From Patescibacteria group bacterium (GTDB taxonomy: Bacteria; Patescibacteriota; Saccharimonadia; UBA4664; SCTI01): DNA of 64,000 bases. Below are positions 50,324 through 58,135 of this stretch, one piece after another (within the stretch, counting starts at the first letter, position 1; each line of letters begins with the position of its first letter). The notes under the pieces were generated by a model, which was not told the origin of the DNA, made no database searches, and saw only the letters and a list, made by a program, of their open reading frames with translations. The position numbers and the translations under genes were made by a program. The stretch spans positions 190,435-254,434 of the forward strand of contig SCTI01000001.1 of assembly GCA_004297735.1 (NCBI GenBank), read 5' to 3'.

Positions 50324-50708
50324 GTGACGACCCGGCGGGGTCTGGAGAAAGACGACAACATGGGTTTACCGGGCCGTGCGCCCTCGCTGCGGCGCGCCCG
50401 AGTGGCGGTCACCGGCCTGCGGAGCAGACCAGCTGCTCTTCTGCCACGAGCGCTCACGCGCCGCGGATGAAGAACCGGCCACCTCATCGTGCCGCAGCCT
50501 GCGCTGGAGCTCCCGCGTACGAGAGCCTATAGACCACCTACACGCTACGGAATGGCTACCGCGTTGGCGGAGTGGCTACCGCTCGTTTGCGTCAGTTGGC
50601 CCAACCTCGTCGTTTGAACGACCAGGCACTGGTGTTAGGACGGTTGTCGACCTTACATCTCCAGACCCCACCTATAGGGTGTCACTACTTACCGAACACC
50701 TATCGGTA
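50324..50708 (-). ncRNA. RT-associated structured RNA (msr-msd-like)
   Basis: Long closing inverted repeat 50324-50359/50643-50685 with a perfect 12-bp core; internal hairpins. Confidence 0.75.
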
Positions 50709-50713
50709 GCGTC

Positions 50714-50743
50714 ATGATAGCAGGCCTGTGCATATGGAGGCAA
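50714..50743 (-). promoter_or_regulatory. Promoter for the ncRNA-RT unit
   Basis: TTGCCT-18-TATCAT with extended -10 TG. Confidence 0.5.
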
Positions 50744-50765
50744 TATTAGTTACCTTAAAACTTCA

Positions 50766-50804
50766 ACGCCCCGCTAGCTACATGCCGGCGGGGCGCTTTT
50801 ATTC
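50766..50804. repeat. Repeat B copy 2
   Basis: Identical to 48590-48628; overlaps the stop codon of 50799..51476. Confidence 0.9.
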
Positions 50805-51476
50805 AACTGAGCCCCACATGTGGAGCTTGACCGAATTCTGAGGACGCTTCAAGATCTGCTCACGCCAAACGAAGTCAGGGTGGAGCTGGCCTTTCTGCCT
50901 AAGAACCAGACAGACCGTATCTACCAGCTCGTTCCAGCGGATGTTGTAGTTCTCGAGGTAGGGGAGAAGCCGCGCGATCGTCACCCGCGGCGGCGCCTCT
51001 AGCGTGCGCTTGTAAAAGCGGCAAATTTCGTACTCGTCGCTGCCGGCTTTAAGCGCGTGCTCCAGTGTGATCTGAAGTCGCTGGTTACGGCGGCACACAT
51101 CAAGGAGCTGCTCCAGACTGAGCGGGAAGTATGCCATTTCGGCCAAGGCATACTCGCACCAATCGCGCACAAACTGGCGACGGGCCACCCCAAAAGCAGT
51201 GACCTGCGTTTTGGCCTCATCTAGGTGCTCGCTAATCTGCGCTAGATTGAGCTGCACCAGGCCGGGCTTAGAGCCCAGCTTGCGGTAGAAGAGATGGCTG
51301 TCGGGCCGGCTACTAAAGTAGCGGGCGGCGGCGTTAAACGCACCTTTAGCCAGCTTAGTCCGGCCGTTTGCGACGTTAAACCTTACCGCGTCATCCATGG
51401 TGGCCCAAAGCTCCACGCTACTACTAGTGCCGCCAAGCGTCGAGAAGCTGGTAAAGCCAGAAGGAGTGCTGTGCAT
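50799..51476 (-). CDS. Orphan hypothetical protein
   Basis: 225-aa ORF with GAGG SD. Confidence 0.65.
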   Translation of the reverse strand: MHSTPSGFTSFSTLGGTSSSVELWATMDDAVRFNVANGRTKLAKGAFNAAARYFSSRPDSHLFYRKLGSKPGLVQLNLAQISEHLDEAKTQVTAFGVARRQFVRDWCEYALAEMAYFPLSLEQLLDVCRRNQRLQITLEHALKAGSDEYEICRFYKRTLEAPPRVTIARLLPYLENYNIRWNELVDTVCLVLRQKGQLHPDFVWREQILKRPQNSVKLHMWGSVE

Positions 51477-51499
51477 AGATTATTCCTCAATCTCGCTGT

Positions 51500-51905
51500 C
51501 AAAGAAGAAGGACGGCCGAAGCCGTCCCGTGTACACCTCCATACGGAGATGGCGCCGGCCTAAGGGTGCTCTCGGACACCCAGAGGCCTACTCAGTGTTT
51601 CTTTATCCCCCTGAGTTACCGGGGTTTATTTTCGGCTTACCGAGAGTTACCGTCCAGCAACACTACAATTAGATGCAGGAGGTGGATACCCCTAACAAAC
51701 TGACGCTTCCACACTACCCCTAGGAGGTAGCGCGTCAGGCTGACTGGTACTACCATCCACCTGTGAGGTCAGCTCTCCAACTTGCCGCTGATTTACGTCG
51801 CAGCGACTATCAGGTGCAGAGGTGGCTCGAGGCGTGGTCTCGTTAACCTTTCGAGCTTGGCTTATGCCTTGCCCTTGGCACGAGCAACATCGCTGTTGCC
51901 ACTGT
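51500..51905 (-). ncRNA. Candidate large structured ncRNA (~400 nt)
   Basis: Own promoter, many hairpins, a pseudoknot, and a UUCG terminator with U-rich tail. Confidence 0.65.
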
Positions 51906-51910
51906 TTGAG

Positions 51911-51938
51911 ATACTATCATTTTATGTGTTTTTGTCAA
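51911..51938 (-). promoter_or_regulatory. Sigma70 promoter of the large ncRNA
   Basis: TTGACA-16-TAGTAT with extended -10 TG. Confidence 0.65.
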
Positions 51939-52104
51939 CATGCCAAAGAGTCTCGAGTGAGTCGATTTATTACCGATTATTCAAAGCACAAAATTGCCGA
52001 GCTATTTTCGCAGGCGGTGGATTTGCATAAAACTTAAACCAGTTTTAGTTGTGCAGTTTCGTCCTTTTGGACTCGTCAGAACACATACACATGTATTGAC
52101 TGCT

Positions 52105-52136
52105 CCGGTTTTGGTCAGATCCGGTAACTGATAGTG
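52105..52136. repeat. Repeat A copy 2
   Basis: ccggttttggtcagatccggtaactgatagtg, 2 nt from the stop of 52139..53386. Confidence 0.9.
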
Positions 52137-52138
52137 GT

Positions 52139-53386
52139 TTAGGCCCTAAGTGCCCCCGTGGCGCGATAGGCCTCGAGCCACCTCTCGTTATAGAACCAGT
52201 CAGGCACATATGCACTCTCGATTTCGCCCTCGCTAGAGAGCACCTGGTGGGCCCAGACGCACCGACCCTCGCTGCCGCGAACGCGACTTCCAAAGCCGCT
52301 GTTTACCCGTAGACCTGCCTTTTCGGCAACCACTTCGGGATACCGATAGGGACCGTCAAAGCCGCCGCTGACACTCAGGTAGAGGTCGTCCAGTTCGCAC
52401 ACAGCCAGGACCAATCGCTGGATCTCAGCAATCCCCTCAAGACTCAAGCAACGAGTCCGCGAGGCATGAACCGTGATCGAGGAGCCAGCGGCGTAAAACG
52501 GATGGTTGACGTTTGTCCAGCCCCTCAGAGACTGGTCGTCTTCATCGTCCCGCAACGACCCTTCTGGCGGCAGAACCGCCTGAACAGCCATACCGCGAAT
52601 CAGAGCGGAGGTGTGCCCATTGATCAGCCCAACTGAGATCTTATCTCGGCTCATGACCGGGTGATACCCGGGCACGATACTGAGATCAAGGCCACCACCT
52701 GGCTTAAACAGGCCGTGCCACAGCCTGAATGACCGCTCTGAGTCACCGATCTCAAAGGTGACCAGCTGCAACCAGTCGTAACTCCATCGCCCACTAAGCG
52801 AGTGGGTGATGCCGATCTCTTGGATCTTGGGATGGTCAAGTGCTACAAGTAGTGCCGCTTCAAGGCTATTGACCGCAGCGAACACCACTTCGATTTGAAG
52901 CTGTTCCAGGGCCTCAGCCAGCATTCCAACCGACATGCAGTTGAAGACCGGATTCGGAACGTATGTATTGAGTGTTCGCAGCGACAGCCAGTGCGAAGAG
53001 CGACCAATCCGAGACCGGTGTAGCGGGCCACATGTGTGGTAACGGCTCACCCAGTAGCGCTGGGTATGACTAGCGATCCGGCGCAACGCCCACAGGTGCT
53101 GCTGTCCGGTTGTGCCCGGAAGCATTATCACTGCGCTTACCTGGTAGAGGTGGTCGAGGAGCACCCGTGCAACAGGTGCGCCATCGCGATAAAGCTTGAC
53201 CTCAAGCGAGCGACAAAAGTAGCGCCACTCCAGATCATCCTCGGCGTACTCGAAAGCAAGCTGAGGGTTCTTCACTCCCATATAGGGCAGCGATGGGTTA
53301 CGACCGCGGCTGCGTTGCCACATGCCGTGCAGCAGGACGTACTCGGCGGAACCTGGTTCGTGTCCTTTCAAGATACTCTTTTTCAC
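52139..53386 (-). CDS. Orphan hypothetical protein
   Basis: 415-aa ORF; promoter TTGAAT-17-TATAAT at 53424-53452. Confidence 0.7.
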   Translation of the reverse strand: MKKSILKGHEPGSAEYVLLHGMWQRSRGRNPSLPYMGVKNPQLAFEYAEDDLEWRYFCRSLEVKLYRDGAPVARVLLDHLYQVSAVIMLPGTTGQQHLWALRRIASHTQRYWVSRYHTCGPLHRSRIGRSSHWLSLRTLNTYVPNPVFNCMSVGMLAEALEQLQIEVVFAAVNSLEAALLVALDHPKIQEIGITHSLSGRWSYDWLQLVTFEIGDSERSFRLWHGLFKPGGGLDLSIVPGYHPVMSRDKISVGLINGHTSALIRGMAVQAVLPPEGSLRDDEDDQSLRGWTNVNHPFYAAGSSITVHASRTRCLSLEGIAEIQRLVLAVCELDDLYLSVSGGFDGPYRYPEVVAEKAGLRVNSGFGSRVRGSEGRCVWAHQVLSSEGEIESAYVPDWFYNERWLEAYRATGALRA

Positions 53387-53466
53387 TTCTAATCCTTATG
53401 ACGAGATGGACAAAGAATGACTTATTATACAATTTATTATAATTAAATTCAAATAATTCAGCTTCA

Positions 53467-53498
53467 CCGGTTTTGGTCAGATCCGGTAACTGATAGTG
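53467..53498. repeat. Repeat A copy 3
   Basis: Identical to 52105-52136; 5 nt from the stop of 53504..53917. Confidence 0.9.
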
Positions 53499-53503
53499 CG
53501 GGC

Positions 53504-53917
53504 TCAGCCCTGTGGACAAGAGAGAAACACGTACTCTCCGTCGCGCCGCTGAAAGCGACTGATCGTGCTCCAGTCCTCAAACGAAGGGGCGAAGCCGAGA
53601 TGGCGGCGCGCCATGATCTTGTTGAGAACCTGGCGCGTAGCGCTGAACGCGTTGACATAGCCGTAGTAGGTCGCGGTCACGTCGGGGGTCCAGGTGCCGG
53701 TCTGGCTCATGGAGTAGTTGCAGGCCGCGGCGACCTGGTAGAACTGCTTGACGTACCAGCTGTACATCCCCTTGGGCGCGATGATGGTCGACGGACCGGG
53801 GGAGGCGTACGTCGCGCCACCTGAGCTACCGTCCGAACCTCCCGCCAAAGCGGAGGGGGCGGCGATCAGCGAACCGATCACGGCGATCAGGATGAGGATG
53901 TGACGGGAACGGGGCAT
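53504..53917 (-). CDS. Small secreted protein
   Basis: Signal peptide (A-L-A site), two Cys, AAAGGAGG SD, promoter TTGACA-17-TAATAT (53965-53993). Confidence 0.75.
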   Translation of the reverse strand: MPRSRHILILIAVIGSLIAAPSALAGGSDGSSGGATYASPGPSTIIAPKGMYSWYVKQFYQVAAACNYSMSQTGTWTPDVTATYYGYVNAFSATRQVLNKIMARRHLGFAPSFEDWSTISRFQRRDGEYVFLSCPQG

Positions 53918-54025
53918 TGCCCCTCCTTTGGTACAGGAAGGATTCTTTTACCTTCGTGCGAAATATATTACCATAAGTTCTTTATTTTGTCAACATATCT
54001 GCCAGATATAAAGAGTGATAATTCC

Positions 54026-54100
54026 TGGTAGTCCCACGGGGACTCGAACCCCGGTTACTGGAATGAGAATCCAGCGTCCTAACCACTAGACGATGGGACC
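54026..54100 (-). tRNA. tRNA-Glu (anticodon CTC)
   Basis: ctgga-ttCTCat-tccag arm; GGTTCGAGTCC; CCA. Confidence 0.96.
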
Positions 54101-54231
54101 ATAAGCAGGCTGGGCCTGCGTACTTGAACCTGGATACTATAGCAAAAAAAAGGACTTTTGTCTATAAGGACCCGACCTCTTGGCAATCTGGGCTAAACCA
54201 GTCATAATAGAGTAAAACGTAAGAGGTTTGG

Positions 54232-56040
54232 TTGGATTTATTAACGCGGCGTTATAGCATTCTGGCTTCGCTCCTGGCCTATCTGGGCGGAGTGGTGGCT
54301 AGTGTCACGCTGCTTATATTCGTGCTGGCGCCCGATAAGACGCCCCAAAACATAACCCTGGCGGTGATGCTAGGAGGTAGCGGGGCGATCCTGCTGGCTT
54401 ACTACTTGAGCCTACACCAACTACTCAAAAAGAATCACCTACAGCTATCAACCGGCATCATGGCGGTGCTGGCGGCGATTAGCGAGTTTATTTTAATTAA
54501 TGCAACCGGCGGCCCGGATTCTCCTTATTACTCGCTGTGGATTTTAGCGATCGTGATTGCTGGGCTGTTTGGTCAGGTTGCCACCATCACCGTGGTGTTC
54601 ATGACGCTACTGTACTTTGTGTACGTTTTTTGGACGCACGATTTTAACCAGACCTACATCGCTACGCACTTAGGGATCGTGCTGATGACCATCGGCACCG
54701 GCGCGATCGCTGAGTGGATTCATTTGTTTTTGGGGCGGGGAATGGTACGAGCCAGCCAGGTTGAAAAACTAGCCGGCCAGCTGGGCGAAGAGGAGCTCAA
54801 GTCGGAAGCGATTATGCGTAGCGTGGGTGATGGTATTTTGGTGATTGATACCAAGCGCCGGATTCAGCTGTTCAACCCAGCCGCCACCCGCTTAACCGGC
54901 TGGGATGCCGGTAGCGCTCATGGCATTGATTACCGACTGGTGCTCAACCTGCGGGATGCCGAAGGTAAAAAACTCAGCGACGACACCGACCCATTTACGC
55001 AGGTATGGCGGGAGGGCAAGAGTAAGGTGCGCGATGACTTAACGCTTGAGACCAAGAATGGGCGCAAACTGTCGGCATCGCTGTCGCTGTCACCACTCAC
55101 CGACAACAAAAAACAGATCCGTGGTGGTATTTTGCTGTTTCGCGACATTAGTGCCGAAAAAGAGGTTGAGCGCCAACGCAATGAGTTTATTAGCACCGCT
55201 TCGCACGAAATGCGCACTCCAGTAGCGGCGATTGAAGGCTACTTGGCGCTGGCGATGAATGCCAACGTGGCCACGATTGACGATCGAGCAAAGCAGTATC
55301 TAGATAAGGCCCACCATGCCACTCAGCATTTGGGTGCTTTGTTTAAGGACTTACTGTCGATTACCACCATCGATGACGAGCAACACACCCCGAGCGAGGT
55401 GTTTGATCTTGGCGCGACCATTAAAGAGGTGGTTGACGATATGAAGATCCAGGCCGAAAAGAAAGGCCTTGAAGTTCAGCTGGAGACCAGCGACGTACGC
55501 GTTCGCGGCGAACACGCGGTGGTGCCGGTGTATGCGGTTAAGGCGGCCCCAAGTCGTATTCTCGAAGTTGTATCCAACCTGGTAGAAAACGCGATCAAGT
55601 ACACTCAGACCGGCACCATCCGGGTGACCATTGGCGGCACCAGCGAAGCCGTCACCGTTAGCGTTATTGATACCGGTATGGGTATTGCGGCTGAGGACAT
55701 TCCGCACCTGTTCCAAAAGTTTTACCGAGTCGACAACAGTGCCACCCGCACCATTGGCGGTACCGGGCTGGGGCTCTACCTGTGCCGCAGTATTATTGAA
55801 CATTCCGGCGGTCGAATTTGGGTAGAGAGCAAGCCGGGCGAGGGGAGCGCCTTTAAGTTCACCCTGCCACGATTGGCTAGTGATAAGATTACTAAGGCGG
55901 CCGCTAGTGTAGCGGTTTCACCTGGTACGACCACGGCGACGGCCATGCCAGCAGCTCCACCCTATTCTGTAGCGACCAAACCAAGCTCTAAGAGCGGTAA
56001 GGTGATGACCGACATCCACAAACCGGCGGTGGCAACATGA
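54232..56040 (+). CDS. Membrane PAS sensor histidine kinase
   Basis: SHEMRTP H-box, NLVENAIKY, DTGMGI, GTGLGL. Confidence 0.95.
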   Translation: MDLLTRRYSILASLLAYLGGVVASVTLLIFVLAPDKTPQNITLAVMLGGSGAILLAYYLSLHQLLKKNHLQLSTGIMAVLAAISEFILINATGGPDSPYYSLWILAIVIAGLFGQVATITVVFMTLLYFVYVFWTHDFNQTYIATHLGIVLMTIGTGAIAEWIHLFLGRGMVRASQVEKLAGQLGEEELKSEAIMRSVGDGILVIDTKRRIQLFNPAATRLTGWDAGSAHGIDYRLVLNLRDAEGKKLSDDTDPFTQVWREGKSKVRDDLTLETKNGRKLSASLSLSPLTDNKKQIRGGILLFRDISAEKEVERQRNEFISTASHEMRTPVAAIEGYLALAMNANVATIDDRAKQYLDKAHHATQHLGALFKDLLSITTIDDEQHTPSEVFDLGATIKEVVDDMKIQAEKKGLEVQLETSDVRVRGEHAVVPVYAVKAAPSRILEVVSNLVENAIKYTQTGTIRVTIGGTSEAVTVSVIDTGMGIAAEDIPHLFQKFYRVDNSATRTIGGTGLGLYLCRSIIEHSGGRIWVESKPGEGSAFKFTLPRLASDKITKAAASVAVSPGTTTATAMPAAPPYSVATKPSSKSGKVMTDIHKPAVAT

Positions 56041-56098
56041 TTACAGTTGATCAGGTTAGAGATTATTGTTATGCTTTGATTAAAAGGACTATTCAATA

Positions 56099-56542
56099 GT
56101 GGCCAAGGTACTCTTAGTAGAAGATGATTTGAGCTTGCGTGAAATTTACGGTGCCCGCTTGCAGGCGGAAGGCCATCAGGTTGTAACCGCCTCTGACGGC
56201 GAGGAGGCGCTAGCGGTAGCTATGCGCGATCACCCTGAGCTGATTGTACTGGATGTAATGATGCCAAAAATCAGTGGTTTTGACGTGCTAGACATCCTAC
56301 GATCAACACCAGAAACCAAGAATATTAAGGTTATTATGATGACCGCGCTCAGCCAGGAGGCCGACCGGGCGCGTGGCGAAAGCCTTGGAGTCAACAAGTA
56401 TCTAGTAAAGTCTCAGGTGACACTAGAGGACGTAATGTCGGCGGTCCGTCAGGTGTTGGTTGGCGACGGAGGAGCGGCCGCTGAGCCAGGTGCTGCCCCC
56501 GCCAATGGGACTCCGCCACCCGCCGCACCCCCTGCCGCGTGA
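56099..56542 (+). CDS. Single-domain response regulator
   Basis: LVEDD, LDVMMP, TAL, YLVK; no output domain. Confidence 0.93.
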   Translation: MAKVLLVEDDLSLREIYGARLQAEGHQVVTASDGEEALAVAMRDHPELIVLDVMMPKISGFDVLDILRSTPETKNIKVIMMTALSQEADRARGESLGVNKYLVKSQVTLEDVMSAVRQVLVGDGGAAAEPGAAPANGTPPPAAPPAA

Positions 56543-56546
56543 GCTA

Positions 56547-57221
56547 ATGCGGATCAACCGCTTTGTGGCGACCGCCACCGGCATATCAAGGCGCCAGGCC
56601 GATACCGCCATTCAAGATGGGCGAGTGCTTATAGAGGGTAGGGTAGCCCAACTGGGAGATACGGTTGAGCCCGGCCAAGACGTTAAGCTAGACGGCCAAG
56701 ACCTGAAGCTACCGGCCTTAACCACCATTATGCTCAATAAGCCCCCAGGGTATATATGCAGCCGCGTCCAGCAAGGGGGTACACCCACCGTTTATGAGCT
56801 TTTACCGCCATCCCTGCACGTTCTTAAGCCGGTCGGTCGGCTCGATAAAGATTCATCTGGCCTGCTGCTGCTGACCAACGATGGCCAGCTGGCTCATCGA
56901 TTGGCTCACCCACGACACCATAAATGGAAGATATATGAGGTAACCACCCAACAGCCTCTGCAGCCGCCGCAGCTAGAAGCATTGCGAAAGGGAGTACAAT
57001 TAGAGGACGGGTTAAGTCAGATGGATATTGATCAACATAACAACCTTTACATAGTTAGGCTACAGGAGGGCCGGAACCGCCAGATCCGCCGCAGCTTTGC
57101 CGCGGTTAATGCCGCAGTAGCTACACTACATCGCACCGATTTTGGGCAGCTCAAACTTGGCTCTCTACCCAGCGGGCAGTGGCGCGAGGTTGAGGTTGAT
57201 CCAGAAGGAGCTCCAGCGTGA
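56547..57221 (+). CDS. RsuA/RluB-family pseudouridine synthase
   Basis: S4 domain, GRLDKDSSGLLLLTND, EGRNRQIRR. Confidence 0.93.
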   Translation: MRINRFVATATGISRRQADTAIQDGRVLIEGRVAQLGDTVEPGQDVKLDGQDLKLPALTTIMLNKPPGYICSRVQQGGTPTVYELLPPSLHVLKPVGRLDKDSSGLLLLTNDGQLAHRLAHPRHHKWKIYEVTTQQPLQPPQLEALRKGVQLEDGLSQMDIDQHNNLYIVRLQEGRNRQIRRSFAAVNAAVATLHRTDFGQLKLGSLPSGQWREVEVDPEGAPA

Positions 57222-58135
57222 TTTTTGGGTTAAATGTATCTTTGGTCTGGCTGGTAGCCGGCTTGGCTTTGCTGCCCGGTAACAGTCTAGCTACAATATC
57301 AAAGTTTGCCGCCAGCGTAACCAAACCAACCGCTCAAACTCAAGTTCAAACTCTATCCGATCAAGCCATGCCGGTGGCCCGCAACGGCTTAAAGCCACCG
57401 GCCTTAACCGCCACGGCAGTATACGCCGTTGATGTCGAAACCGGCACCGTACTATTAAGCAAGAACGCCGACCAACCGCGACCAATTGCCTCAATCACCA
57501 AGCTGGCAACCGTAATCACTTATCTGAGTCGCCACAACCTAAATGACACCATTACGGTGCCGCCGTTGCCGGCCTACCAAGCCGGGGCCGAGCTGATTGG
57601 GCTTAAACCGGGCGAACGTTATAAAACCCAAGACATTGTTGCCGCTGCCCTGATCCCATCAGCCAATGATGCCGCCGACACCCTTGCCCTTAGCGACGCC
57701 GGTAGCCTGGAAGAGTTTAGTAAAAGCATGCAGGAGCAGCTGGCCAACTGGGGGATTGAAGGCGCTCAGTTTAGCAACCCCACCGGTTTGACCACCGGCA
57801 CCAGCCTTAACCAAGTATCGGCGGCTGGGGTGGCTAATATGGGCCAGCTGTTGGTGCGCAATCCACAACTCCGGCAGCTGGTTCAAACTCAAACCCAAAC
57901 GATTTCCAGCCTGGAGGGCCGGCCGCTTAGCCTTGCCACCACCAATCAACTTTTGAAAAATTCCCAATTTAATGGTATAAAGACTGGATACACACCCGAA
58001 GCCGGTCAGTGTTTTGTAAGCCTTGCAACGGTCAACGGACATCAAATCGTCACCGTGGTGCTGGGCTCACAAGATCGCTTTGGCGAAACCGAGCAATTAG
58101 TAAATTGGATTAAACGGAGCTATGAATGGCTGTAA
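57218..58135 (+). CDS. D-alanyl-D-alanine carboxypeptidase (S11)
   Basis: SITK, SAN and KTG motifs. Confidence 0.92.
   Translation: MIFGLNVSLVWLVAGLALLPGNSLATISKFAASVTKPTAQTQVQTLSDQAMPVARNGLKPPALTATAVYAVDVETGTVLLSKNADQPRPIASITKLATVITYLSRHNLNDTITVPPLPAYQAGAELIGLKPGERYKTQDIVAAALIPSANDAADTLALSDAGSLEEFSKSMQEQLANWGIEGAQFSNPTGLTTGTSLNQVSAAGVANMGQLLVRNPQLRQLVQTQTQTISSLEGRPLSLATTNQLLKNSQFNGIKTGYTPEAGQCFVSLATVNGHQIVTVVLGSQDRFGETEQLVNWIKRSYEWL

Noticed and set aside
49984-50717. ORFs 49984..50487, 50174..50470 and 50376..50717
   Set aside because: Arg/Pro-rich shadow frames of GC-rich structured sequence, without SD, overlapping the RT or its RNA.
51500-51905. tmRNA or RNase P RNA identity
   Set aside because: No tRNA-Ala-like ends and no GAGGAAAGUCC-type RNase P signature seen.
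49278-53498. Repeat A as a CRISPR array
   Set aside because: Copies are 1.4-2.8 kb apart and separated by whole genes; no cas genes in the window.
48590-54100. Integrase-mediated island with attL/attR at tRNA-Glu
   Set aside because: No integrase, and no duplication of the tRNA 3' end near 48590.
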